Shown here piece after piece: positions 1 to 11,854 of a stretch of 64,000 nucleotides of DNA (position 1 is its first letter; every line of letters begins with the position of its first letter). The DNA is taken from positions 113,398,001 through 113,462,000 of the forward strand of contig JAGIQG010000001.1 in NCBI GenBank assembly GCA_024679065.1. The letters are read 5' to 3'. Below the pieces are notes generated by a model that saw only the letters and a program-made list of their open reading frames with translations, did no database searches and was not told where the DNA came from. Origin of the DNA: Sphyrna mokarran (taxonomy: Eukaryota). Position numbers and translations under genes: made by a program.

Positions 1-247
1 ATTTTCAACTAAAGGGTGTCAGAAAGGAAACATTTTGTTTATGCAAGATGTACATAGGTTTGTGATACACAATGACAGCAGTTGTCATTGTGCTGTTAAC
101 AGTGCATATTGGTACATTATTCGCCATATATAGCACTAGTTTTCTAGTGCGCTTCCAAGTATCCTTAGTTGTTTTAAGCAACAAAAATTGCATTTATATA
201 GTGCCCTTAATGGAATCAAACATCCCAAGACACTTCACAGCGGGATA

Positions 248-912
248 GAACAAAGAACAGTACGGCACAGGCCCTTTGGCCCTCCAAGCCTTCGTCAATC
301 ACATTATCCTATCTAGACCAACCATCTGTATCCCTCTGTTCCTTGTCTGTTCATGTGTTTAACCCAATAAGTCTTATATGTCACTAACATATCTGCTTTG
401 CTTGGCAGTACATTCTAGGCCATCACTCTCTGTGTAAAAAACTTACCCCATACATCTCAGCTGAACCTTCCCCCCTTATTTTAAACTTATGCCCTCCCTT
501 ACAGAAGAACATAAGAACATAAGAAATAGGAGCAGGAGTAGGCCATCCAGCCCCTCGAGCCTGCCCCGCCATTCAATAAGATCATGACTGATCTGTAGTG
601 GTTCAGTACCACTTTCCCGCTTTCTCCCCGTAATCCTTAATTCCCTTGTCAATCAAAAACCTATCCACTCTTGACTTGAACATATTCAGCTAAGAAGCCT
701 CCATTACCTCATCGGGCAGAGAATTCCAAAGATTCACCACCCTTTGAGTGAAGAAACTTCCCCGCAACTTCGCAACTTCGATCTGAACTGCCCACCGCCC
801 CCCATCTCCCCCCCCCTCTCCCCCAGCTAATCTTGAAGCTGCGCCCTCTAGTCCTGCTATCTTTGCTAAGCGGGAAGAGTCTCTCAACCTCTACCCTATC
901 CATCACTTTCAT
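248..912 (-). mobile_element. Two adjacent CR1 LINE 3' fragments (older ~248-500; younger ~504-912)
   Basis: The minus ORFs read MDRVEVERLFPL..SRTRG and FFTQRVVNLWNSLP, typical of the CR1 ORF2 C-terminus. The microsatellite tail appears on + as AAGAACATAAGAACATAAGAA at ~504-525. Confidence 0.85.
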
Positions 913-1119
913 TATCTTTGTAAAACAAGGATTGAAAAACAGAACATAATGCTGAGTGATATATGGAGATCTTTGGCCAAAAGCGTAATCACTGCATAAA
1001 ACATGCTTTATGCAGTGACTTAAGAAGATGCAGAAATGCTTACTTAGGAAATTCCAGAGCTTAAGGCTGAGCAGCTGAATGTACTATCAATAGTGAAACA
1101 ACTACAATCGGGGATGCGC

Positions 1120-1430
1120 AAGGAAACAGAACTAAAGGAGCACAGGTTCATCAGAGTTGTAGAATTGGAGGAGTTATAGAATTAGGGAAAGGTGAGGCCA
1201 CTGTATAATTTGAAAGCAAATATAAGCATTTTAAAATCAAGTCGCTTAACCGGGAGCCAATGTAGATCAGGGAATCATGGTGATGTTATGATCCATATAG
1301 CTGAGTTTTGCATGACTTCAAGGCTACAGAGGTTAGAATAAGGGAAGATGACAAAGATTGCATGAGAATAATCAAATGAAGAGATAAAAAAAACACGGAT
1401 GAGGGTGTCAGCAACAGATATAATGGAGGT
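1120..1430 (-). mobile_element. Degenerate L2-like LINE fragment
   Basis: The sequence resembles decayed L2 ORF2 3' DNA, and a matching tail-like segment TTGCATTTATATAG...CATCCCAAG lies at ~188-240. Family assignment is from recall only. Confidence 0.4.
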
Positions 1431-1583
1431 GGGAATTAAGTACAATAAGTTCACTTGCGTTTTGATTTGCTAATTTTGTTGCAGCTATTTGGCTGGCCCT
1501 TATTGGTTTGGAGTGTACTTGGCAGTGTTCATCATGATAAAAACCAAAAAATCAAAGCACGTTGGAATTTGAAAGGAACATCT

Positions 1584-2646
1584 GGGCGATTCTTCCAAAA
1601 GTGCTGAGTTGTCGGGAAAACTGTTCTAAACCCCATCTGTTCTGATAGTTCAGCTTCTCACCTGAATCTCCGCACTCTGTGCACTGAAGTGATCCCAGTC
1701 ATGAATCTCATTAAAAACCTGGGCGGGGTGAGGGGGGTGGGGTGGGGTGTCCTATTCACACCAAAGTTTGACAGTTTTGGAACTTTGTGCATGCGCAGCG
1801 ACTCCAAATTGACAACTTCCCATTTGCTGGCCAGCTCAATCTCTGGCCACCTTTGGATCCTCATGCTATTCCAATGGTCTGATTACAGCCCCCACAACGA
1901 TTCCCAAGCCAGCACTGACCCCTCCCACCCCAAGCGCTTCAGTGCCCAGGCTCCATCCTCTAGCAGTGGCAATCCCCCCAGCCCCCACACTTTGCAGATT
2001 TCCCCCCCCCACAAACCCTGCTGACCCCCCCCATGCCAAGGATCAGTCCACCCAGAGGCAGCCCCCCTCTCCCCCCTCCCTGGAAGACCACCTCCCTCCT
2101 CAGCCCACCCCAATCGCTGCCCTCCCTCCATTCCAAGCCAATCACATTGCAGAGTGGCAGCACATCCCCTCAACCCCACTAATCACACTTAGACCCTACC
2201 CACAATCGGCCTCATCCCTTTGCATTGACTGACGCCTATTGGGCAGTGTTAGGGTGTCCATGCCCTGGGGGCACCACACTCCTGCCTGACTATCTGGGGG
2301 GCTCCCACTGACCCCCCCCTTCATTCCGGCAGGGTCTCCGGCTAGTTCCCTGAATGTGGGTAGCTAGTCTGAACCCTGCTGGGCCAAAGTACTGTTGCGG
2401 TAGGAAAATTGACCTGAAAAGTCCTGATTAGAAACAAATATACATATTTAAAACAGATTAAAAACAGATTTAAATTACATACCTGCCTTCTTACTGGTTT
2501 CCCCAGTGTGGTCTGACCGGTGACAGTTCGCCAGCTCCGGAACATGCACATGCATTCCCGGTGCATGCACAAATCCCCGTTCAAGGCCAAATACGCAGCC
2601 AGACTCACCAGAAAAGTGGTGGGCCGCAATGGGAGAATTGCGGCCC
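1584..2646. mobile_element. GC-rich ~1 kb non-autonomous TIR element (MITE-like)
   Basis: The left end GGGCGATTCTTCC and right end GGGAGAATTGCGGCCC are imperfect inverted repeats. The C-rich interior is shared with copies at 18.7k, 41.4k, 49.8k, 54.4k and 60.7k. Confidence 0.65.
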
Positions 2647-2659
2647 ATATTTCTAAGGG

Positions 2660-3040
2660 GAGATGGTGTTGTAATAGTGATACTGCTGGATGATTAATCC
2701 AGAGAATAAAGTGAATTCTTTTTGACGGTGGGTTTAAATCCCACTGTTCTAGCTGCTCGAATTTAATTTTGATTTATAAAATATGGGTTTAAAGCTCATT
2801 TCAATAATGGTGACCATGAAGATATAACTGGTTGTTGTAATAACTCATCTGCATGGTTTAGTAATGTCCTTCAAGGAAGGAATCTGTCTTCCTTCTCTGG
2901 TCTGGCTTACACATGATCCCAAGTCCACAACAATGTGGTTGATTCTTAATTGCCCTCTGAAATGGTCTAGCAAACCATCCACTTCAAGAGCAATTAGGAT
3001 GGGCGACAACGATGGTTATATCTCTTGAAAGAATTTCATA
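2660..3040 (+). mobile_element. tRNA-derived SINE, family B (LINE-derived tail ...GCAATTAGGATGGGC...)
   Basis: It has a B-box-like GGGTTTAAATCCC and a body (AATGGTGACCATGAA...GGAAGGAATCTG...) repeated at 8.1k, 9.5k, 15.1k, 29.1k, 52.2k and 63.2k. Confidence 0.75.
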
Positions 3041-3679
3041 AAACGATGGGCAATCAGGAAATTTAGAATCTTAATGTTTTGATTCCACCGTAATTGATCT
3101 AACTTGTTATGAAATAATGGTGGTTGAGGGTGAAAGTTCCATGAGAGACACTCTTACCTTTTACTTAGTTATCCAACCTATTTGAAGCACGGTTGCAGTG
3201 CAAGGTATTGCTTTCAAAAAGCCGGAAGCTGACAACTGAAGTGAAGCAGGAAATGAGAGTCAACCAAAATAAGTCAGAATTCTGAAAAACAACATCATCT
3301 ACAGCTGACAGTAGCAGATCCTGGAGAATGTGTGGGAGGAGGTTCCTGATCTACATCTCAGATTATCACTGATAAAAATCAATATCATTTCTTATGTGCT
3401 GGTTGGTATTTGAAAAAAAAGATATTTTCTGAGAACAGTGGAATGATAGTTGTGCCCTGACAACTTGACATCTATAATGTTACTTAAAAATGCCAAAGCT
3501 CTTTTCTCAAGATGAACTGATGCAATGGACAACATTTGTATGATAAACTTAAAATTGCCTTTAGAGCATAGTGAACCAACAAAATAATCTCTCTTGGTAA
3601 ACTTGAGAAGAAGCATGTTGCAAAATAAATGGTGTGCCTTATTTCAATCCCATCCATTAAACTATCAATAAGATAACTA

Positions 3680-3960
3680 GGGGAGATACTGTGGTGCAGT
3701 GCATAGTGTCCCTGCTTCTGAGCCAAAAGCTCCAGGTTTGAATCCCATTCAGAATTTGATAGCCAATGAAGGTACATTCATAATGTTGTCCAACAGATTG
3801 AGTATCAACCTAAAATTCCTACAAATACACCAATGACTGGCACTAAGAGGGCGAGAGACTCCTGCTTGATATGCAGTGACCCCCTCTCCCTCAACCTATA
3901 AAAAGGTAAGGTTGCTGTGGTCCCAGATGACATAGGGCAGAACTTAATGTTAGTAACAAG
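3680..3960 (+). mobile_element. tRNA-derived SINE (third family)
   Basis: It has an A-box-like GTGGTGCAGTG and a B-box-like GGTTTGAATCCC with tRNA-like spacing. Confidence 0.45.
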
Positions 3961-4639
3961 AGTCTTGCCCATCCTCTGGAGCTCCACATCACCTGCATTG
4001 GGGAAGGCCTGCTGTAATTTGGTGCCCGGAGGGCATTAGGCAGTGTTGGGCCTTCCCCAGTATTATGATGGCCACAGGGGACCATTAGTGGATAGCCCCG
4101 TGGATCCTATTAGGCAACTGAAGGCTTGCTCCATAGAGATGCAGTCAGCTGATAGAGGGAAGGAGGGATCAGGTGGGGGAAGGGGTGGAGTCACAGCCAT
4201 TCACGTGCTTCACAATGCTGATCAGGCAGTGAGTGGCTTTGAATAATGGATCCACCCCCAACCCCCAGCCTCCAGCCAAACATACATCTATTTGCTTTTC
4301 AGCCTCCCCATATAGTTGAATACCAGAGGCAGTGGGACGAGATCCTTTAAATGGTTGTTAATTTCAATGGTGTGAGAATGTGCTGAGACAGAAGCAGGAA
4401 TGATTTGGGGATGGAAGTATATAGTCATGATGATGGGCTAACCAAACTGCAGCTTACAACAAGCATAAGAGTAAGGGTGAGTACTTTTGACGCTTGTTGA
4501 GCTGTTGACTCTATTCTTACGGAAATGCTATCGAGAATGAACAAGGAATAAATGATGATTACCGAAACCATTTGACAAAAGTCGCAAAACTTTTAGCAAA
4601 TCGTGATACAATCAGACAGAGCAGTCTCTGTACCGATTC

Positions 4640-5560
4640 CAACTCCCTCAGAGTCAGTGCCAATGTCCCAAGAATTAAAGCCCTCCTGCCTGCACAATTA
4701 TTCCAGCCATGCATTAATCTATCTTATTCCCCTTCTCCTGTACTCACTTGCATGTGACACTGAAAATAATCTGGAGATGGTTAATTTTGAGGTCCTGCTT
4801 GCTAACTTTTCACTTAGTTCCAGGACCGCATCCTTCTTTCTATCTCTGACATTGGTACCTATGGAAACAATGACTACTGGCTCTTCACCCTTCCCCTTTG
4901 GGGTTCTTTGCAGCCGTTCAGTGACATTCTTGACCCTGGCATGAGGGAGGCAACACACCATCTTGAATTCATATTTGCAGTCACAGGAACACCAATCTAT
5001 TCCCCAAATCTAATCACTGATCACTATTACTATCCAGACTTCTTTGTATCCCTCTTCCATTTTGGCTGTCTGGTGATCACCCATACTTTCTCTCTTAATA
5101 TACAGGATGACTACATCTATATACATGCAATCAATGAAACTCTCATACGTATGAATGTGATGAATTTATGCCAGTTGCTGAACTATTCATGCTGTCATGG
5201 GCATAGGTCTGGCTGCACTCCCAGATTAACCATCACTCTCATCAATATTCAGAACAGATTGGATTCAGGGACTCCTGTTCTACCTGCCTCTTCCATTTCG
5301 GCTGTCTGGTCATCACCCATCCTCTCTCTCTTAATGTGCAGAGTGACCATATCTTTAAACATGCAATCCGTGAAACTCTCATGCTCATGAATGTGATGCA
5401 TTTATGTCAGTTGCTGGCACAACTTCCATAACTCAGAGCTCAAGCTGCTACAATCGACAACATTTCTTACATAAATGGTTATCCAGATAATGAGAAGCCT
5501 CCTGGTATTCCCAAATAGTACAAGATGTGCACTCGTGAGGTTGGAACGGCTCTGCCATTT
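4640..5560 (-). mobile_element. CR1 ORF1 remnant (SGNH/esterase-like domain)
   Basis: ORF 4719-4961(-) contains GEEPVVIVSIGTNVRDRK, resembling the CR1 ORF1 esterase motif VVxHIGTND. It is decayed. Confidence 0.7.
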
Positions 5561-5579
5561 CTCTACTTATCAACTCATA

Positions 5580-6135
5580 ACCTTGTTACATAAGTCACAA
5601 AATCTTAGCATGCAGGCACAACAACTAATCAGGAGGGCAAGTAGAGTGTTGGCCTTTATCACAAGGAGGCTAGAGTATCAAAGTAGGGCGGTCTTGCTGC
5701 AACTGTGCAGGGTGGTGGGAGACTGTACCTGGAGCACTGTATGCAAGTTTTCGTCTCCTTATTTAAGGAGGGATATGCTTGTATTGGAAGCAGTTCAGAG
5801 ACATTTCACTAGGCTGATTCCTGGGATGTTAGGATTAGATTATAAGGAACAATTTAGCAGGTTTGGCTTAGACTCACTGAAGTCCACAAGAATGAGAGAT
5901 GACTTTATTGAAGAATTGAGATTCTGAGGGAGTTTAGCAAAGTAGTTGTTGGTAATATGTTTCTCCTTGCGGGGAATCTAAAACTAAGTGGCACAGTTTA
6001 AGAATAAGGGGTTTCCCAGTTAAGACAGAGATGGGAAAGAACTCATCTTTCTTGATGAAAAAAGTCTTTGGACTTTAGTCTTTGGAATTCTCTTCCACAA
6101 AGAATAGTAGAAGCTACGTCAATGAATACCTTCAT
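5580..6135 (+). mobile_element. CR1 ORF2 3' fragment, decayed
   Basis: The translation SPYLRRDMLVLEAVQRHFTRLIPGM matches the CR1 ORF2 C-terminal region. Confidence 0.85.
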
Positions 6136-6139
6136 TGGG

Positions 6140-7820
6140 CTTCACTGAGTAGGTTATTGCTGAGCAGATGCTGCTTGATAGCACTGTTGATGACCGTTTC
6201 CATCACTTTATTGATGATCGAGAATAAATTGGACAGTAATTGGCCGGGTTGGATTTATTCTACTTTTTGTATACAGGACATCCCTGGGCAATTTTCCACA
6301 TTGTTGGGTAGATGCCAATGTTGTAACTATGCTGGAAGAGCTTGGCTAGGAGAGCAGCAAATTCTGGAGCACAAGTTTTCAATGCTATTGCCAGAATATT
6401 GGCAGGGTCCATTGCCTTTGCAATATCCAGTGCCTCTAACTGTCTCTTGATACCACATGAAGTGAATCGAATTGGCTGGAGACAGGTATCTGAGATGCTA
6501 GGGACCCCTGGAGGAAGCCGAGATGGATCACCCACTTGGCACTTCTGACTGAAGATCATTGAGGATGAAGATATTTGTGGAGCCTCCTCCTCCAGTGAGT
6601 TGTTTAATTGTCTTCTACCATTCTCAACTGGGTATGGAAGGACTGCAGATCTTAGATCAGATCCATTGGTTGTGGGATTGCTTACCTCTGTCTTTCGCTT
6701 GCTCTTTTTGCCATTTGGCATGCAAATAGTCCTATTTGGTAGCTTGACCAGGTTGACACCTCATTTTTAGATATGCTTGGTGCTGTTCCTGGCATGCCTC
6801 CCTGCACTCTCCATTGAAGAAGGGCTGCTTCCTTGGCACAATGGTAATGGTTGAGTGGGGGATATATCAGGCCATGAGGTTGCAGATTGTACTGGAGTCC
6901 AGTTCCGCTGCTGTTGATGGTCCACAACTCCTCATGATGCCCAATCTTGAATTGCTAGTTCGGTTCGAAGTCTCTCACATTTAGTACAGTGATTATGCCG
7001 CACAACATGATGGAGGTTATTCTCAATGTGAAAGCGGGACTTTGTCTCTACAAAGACTGTGCATGGTCATTCTTATCGATGGACAAATGCAGCTGCAGCC
7101 AGCAGATTGGTAAGGATGGAGTCAAATATGTTATTTGCTCTTGTTGGTTCCTTTTACCACCTGCTGCAGATCCAGTCTAGCAGTTATATCCTTTAGGACC
7201 CAACCAGCTCGATCAGTAGTGCTGCTATCGAGTCACTCTTGGTGGTGGACATTGAAATTCTTCATCCAGAGAACATCTTGTCACCCTCAATGCCTCTTCC
7301 AAGTGTTGTTCAACATGGAGGAATACTGATTCATCAGTCAAAGCAGTAAGAGGTTTCCTTGCCCGTGTTTAACCTGAAGCCATGAAAGTTCATGGGGTCC
7401 AGAGTCAATGTTAAGAACACCCAGAGCAACTCCTTCCCGATGATACATCACTGTGCCGCTGCCACCACCTGCTGATGGGGCAGGACATATCCAGGGATGA
7501 TATGGTGATGTCTGGTTTCTTATCTGTAAGTTTGATTCTGTGAGAATGACAATTTTAGGTACAATGATCAGCACAACTTGTGGGCCGAAGGGCCTGTTTG
7601 TGCTGTAGTGTTCTATGTTCTATGTTCTAATGAAACTCTGCTGCTTGGCCCATACTGTGAGACAGCTGTCCCAATTTTGGGCACTAGCCTCCAGATGTTA
7701 ATAAGGAAGACTTTGCAGTGTCGACAGGGTTGTTTGTTTAGCCGTTGTCTTTTCTGATGCCTAGCCAAGTGGTCTGTTTGGTTTCATTTCTTTGTTGAGA
7801 CTTGTAGCAATTGAGTAGCT
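6140..7820 (-). mobile_element. Decayed LINE ORF2 (APE endonuclease plus pre-RT region), second CR1/L2-clade family
   Basis: It encodes PKIVILTES (APE-like) and KAMDPANI...LKTCAPE..LAKLFQHSYNIGIYPTMWKIAQ..PVYKK (pre-RT motif). The same family occurs at 30.1k, 45.7k and 57.4k. Confidence 0.8.
7568..7628 (+). mobile_element. Ultra-truncated young CR1 3' end with 5-bp TSD AATGA
   Basis: Bases 7571-7630 are identical to 30955-31014. AATGA occurs at 7563-7567 and 7629-7633. Confidence 0.85.
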
Positions 7821-7829
7821 TGTTGAGTA

Positions 7830-8300
7830 AGGCTTACATTAACACTGCAATGAAGTTACTGTGAAATACCCCTAGTTGCCACAGTCCAGCGCCTGTTTAG
7901 GTCAATGCAGCTAACCAATATGTCTTTCAGAATGTTGGAGGAAACAGGAGCATACGGTGGAAACTCATGCAGATCACAGGGAGAACGTCCAAATTCCACA
8001 CAAACAATGACCCAAGCTGGGAGTCGAACCCAGATCCCTGGTTCTGTAAGGCAGCAGTGCTAACAACTGTGCCACCATGCTGCCCCAGTGAATGAGATTA
8101 GTGAACAAATTAGTGAACCAGATGAGTTTTTCTGACAATTGACAGTGGTTTCATGGTCATCAGTAAACTTTTAATTACAGATTTTTTTTATCAAATTCAA
8201 ATTCCACTACTTGCTGTAGCAGGATTCGAACCCAGGTCCCAGAACATTATCTGGGTTTCTGGATTAATAGTCGAGTGATAATACCACTAGGCCATCGCAA
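7830..8300 (-). mobile_element. HE1-like SINE (7830-8085) followed by family-B SINE (8090-8300), both minus strand
   Basis: Reverse-complement tRNA heads are present: GCAGCAGTGCTAAC..CTGTGCCACC and GGATTCGAACCC. Confidence 0.75.
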
Positions 8301-8344
8301 TGCTGCCTCCTCCCCCCTCCATCCACCCCCTCATCCCACCCATA

Positions 8345-8690
8345 GGGCGGCATGGTAGCACAGTGGTTAGCACTGCTGCTTCACAGCTCCAGGGACCTGG
8401 ATTCAATTCCCTGCTCCATGTGTCTGTGTGGAGTTTACACATTCTCCTTGTGTCCACGTGGGTTTCCTCTGGGTACTCCAGTTTCCTCCCTCAGTCCAAA
8501 GATGTGCAGGTTAGGTTGATTGGCTGTAGTAAAAAATCGCCCCTTAGTGTCCAGGGATGTGTAGGTTAGAGGGATTAATGGGTATAATATGTAGCGATAT
8601 GGGTGTAGGACCTGGGTGGGATTGTGTTTGATGCAGACTTGATGGGATGAAGGGCCTCTTTCTGCACTGTAGGGTTCTATGATTCTATTC
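8345..8690 (+). mobile_element. HE1-like tRNA-derived SINE (family A) with CR1-derived tail
   Basis: The head is GGCATGGTAGCACAGTGGTTAGCACTGCTG...GGATTCAATTCC, the body is GTGTGGAGTTTACACATTCTCC, and the tail is TTCTATGATTCTA. Confidence 0.85.
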
Positions 8691-9148
8691 CCCCAAATGA
8701 TGAAACAAGCTCAGTTGTCTTATTAGCCTAATTCTGGCTCCTAATTTATCTGATTGTATGTATGTGTGGAGAAGCCATTGCAAAAGATGCGTGAGTAACT
8801 TATAGCCTTATGGGGATGGAGTCATGAATAGTTGACACCATGGAATGGATCAGTAAAGATAATTGCATTAGACCGCCACATCAAAGGTCACAGAGAAATC
8901 AAGATAGGAATGATGCATGATACTCAAAATCACATTCGTGAATTTGATCAAGGGAGTCTCATGATTATGAGTGGGTTGGAAACAACACTGGGGAGATTCA
9001 GAGGTGGAATGGCTGCAAAAATGGGGACAGAATTTAATAACAGTAACACGATTCCCATGATTATGCTGCCATATTTCATACTAAACAGATCTGCAACTGT
9101 CAGTGTGAGGACTGAAACACAGAGTGGAGCAACAAGGAGAGCACAAGT

Positions 9149-9223
9149 ATGGAACAGAAACTTGAAATCACCTCCAAGCGTCAATGGATTAACAAGAATG
9201 AAGAAAGCCCTGACAAGCAGCAG
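9149..9223 (+). CDS. TNIP3: Probable first coding exon of a long TNIP3 isoform (MEQKLEITSKRQWINKNEESPDKQQ)
   Basis: The ATG has a good Kozak context (agtATGg) with an upstream in-frame TGA at 9113. A strong phase-0 donor CAG|GTGAGT follows. The peptide resembles my recollection of the N-terminal segment of long amniote TNIP3 isoforms (MEQKIE...W....ES.DQQQ), which needs BLAST confirmation. Confidence 0.6.
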
Positions 9224-10899
9224 GTGAGTGGTTATTTACTTTAGCAGCATTGCCAGGAGGCAGAAATGGAGAATACCCTCTGGGAAGCAAGAGAATAAAA
9301 GCCCAGCCAGAACTTCCTGCTTTTAAGAAATCTCAGAATGCACATGACAAGCATTTCCTTTTATAACACATCCCTTGCTGTACAGGAACTAGATGATGTG
9401 ATATAATTATAAATATCACATGGTTGAGTGAAGACAACATTTTTGCCAGAACTGAACAAATCACTTACGAGTAGTTACGAGTCAATCACATTGTTATTGG
9501 TTTGGGGTCACCTGGACATCAGTCTTGCTAAGGGGAAGGCAGATTTTCTACCTCAAAGGACAATAGTAAACAAGTTGGGTTTTTAATGATAATCCAGTAG
9601 TTTTAATTCCAAATTGATTTAACTAATAGAACTTAAAAATCTCCTGTTGCTGTGGTGGAATCTGGTCTGTGGGTTATAAGACCAGGTTGTCGAACAAAGT
9701 CATGAGTCAAGATAACATTGAGATTAATAGAGGATGGCAAATTCCTCCCTACCCGAAACTTTGCCAGGGCTCCAGTGCAGAAGATCCAAAATGCAACTCC
9801 TCAAATCTCCACAATTCCTGTAATTTGGAGGGCTGGTGTTACACCAACTGGCTACACAAAGTCACCTCTTAGAAGTACAAATGAGATATCCAGATGTTAG
9901 AATTTATCAGAATACTCAAACCCTTCTGGCTAGTTCATATCCTTCTGAGTGTGAATGCATTCTAACATATTTCAAATGGCAGCGTTTGTTCAGAGCATTT
10001 GGGTGCAGGAGGAGGGGGAGGCGGAATTCGGGATACGAGCCTTTGGCCACTTGTGTGACTCAGTGAAGCTATTCGTGTGCCCCACACATCAAAATATGAC
10101 CTTTAATTAAACAATGAATACAAAACAGGATAAGGCTATCTCCACACTCTATATCCTACACCCCAAGGGTGCAGCAGTTCTCAGAATTGGCTGTGTGCCA
10201 AATGAATCATGTCCCAACAATCAGGTGAAGTTGAGGGCGTTTACCTTGATGCTCCTCACACCATAAACAATCTCCTTTAGGCCTTAAAGATATTTGAAAA
10301 AAGTAGAAAATGTTTAAAACTGTTTTTTTATTTTTGTTGTCAACATAATTTTTGCTGTCTCCATATACATTTGTGTCACAATAACAGAATAAACTTTGAG
10401 AGCAAAATAAAATCTGAAGAATTGCCAAAAAGACAGCTGTAACAAACCCTCCGTCACAACAAGAATTTCCTGTTGTCACCACAGTTCCAGAGTTGCAAAG
10501 GTTTTGTTTGGTGACTATCTGAAGCAATGTTTTACATGTTTCTTTTTGAACGAAGTTAACTCTTTCACTCCTGCCATCAATCTGAGGCTCTACAATGGAA
10601 CATCAGTTTACTGTAGTTTCTTCTCAATGTTTGCGATGGCCTCGTGAGTTGTCTATCAGTGGAACCACAAGCATGATTTGCTTTGCAAAGTGAGTTTTGT
10701 AAAGAAGCCTGGAATAATTGGGTTTAAGTAAATTTACTAGTGTCACAAGTAAATTTCCATTTCCACTGCAATGGAGTTACTGTGAAAATCCCCTAGAATC
10801 TGAATGAAAGTACAGAAAGCAGCAGCTACACTTTTTATGACATTGTTACTTTTTTTGTCTAAGTTTCGAAGTCACGTCTGATTAAAATTTGGGAAGGCT

Positions 10900-11800
10900 A
10901 GAACTGAACTACGAGGGACAGTGTAGAAAGTGGGAGTCTTGGTTGGCGAGCAGAACATGAAAATAACTGGGTGGCCCGACCCATTCCCACCATTGGGAAC
11001 GGAAACATGCTATTTGATTCTCGAAATCTGCACGCTGGCATTAAGAATAAAACCCGTAGTCCTGGCGCGGGGGCTAAAACCAGAATTAAAATCGATTTCC
11101 AAGAATAGACCTGTATTGCTGCGATCTGAGTCCACCCGTGGTTATAGCTCACTGAACCTGGTGATCCTGTTCTTTTATATAAATGCCGGAGTTTTGGCAT
11201 TTGCAAAATAAAAACACAGCCGAACTGCAGTGAAATCCAGAAGCGGATCTCCGTTAGAGGGCAGTATCAAAACTCGAATCTGGGCAGTTTGGGGAGAGGA
11301 TGCAGCAGTGTTAATTATCATCACCCCACGCAGGGAAGCTGATTTTTTTTTTCATTTGTAAGTTGGCAGTGAATAAGCACCAGAATTGGAAAGGACTTTC
11401 CTTTTAGCGCATCGTTTAAAAAAAATGAAGTTGTAAGTAAGGCGCACTTACCATGTTAGCACCTGTGGAGTCTGTGTTATTTTATTCGGCTGAGCGTGTA
11501 GCTTACCCAAACAATTGCATGTGAATTGTGCAGCTACTGGGAGGCTGTTTGAAGTGGTGCAGGTTAATTGTCAAAACCGCTGAGCTATTTGCAGTGTATG
11601 TGTGAAACTGCCTGCAAACACTCCGCTCCAACAACGGCACAGGCTGGACGTGGTGGAAGCTGAAGGCAATATCGCTGCTCTGTCAGCGACTGATTTCAGT
11701 GTAGCCGAGAAAGGTAACCTCGATAATAAGCGAAGGGAACCTGGGGCTTTGTGTGTTTTTGAACGGGAATGGGGTGCTGGGGAGGATTTTCCTTTTTTCA
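10900..11800. promoter_or_regulatory. Candidate internal promoter/enhancer region of TNIP3
   Basis: The sequence is repeat-free and visibly richer in CpG than its flanks. It has TATATAAA at 11176-11183 and near-kB sites AGGACTTTCC (11392-11401) and AGGATTTTCC (11783-11792). Confidence 0.35.
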
Positions 11801-11854
11801 AGCATGTACATCTATAGTCCTCCATTGTTTGCTTTTGATTATTTTTTTTCCCAG

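Noticed and set aside
8345-8420. tRNA gene candidates (A/B boxes here and at many other sites)
   Set aside because: They are heads of multi-copy SINEs followed by SINE bodies and tails, and none forms an intact cloverleaf.
8832-9227. 131-aa ORF MTPWNGSVK...
   Set aside because: It has no recognisable homology and a non-ATG start. The plausible exon lies in a different frame (9149-9223).
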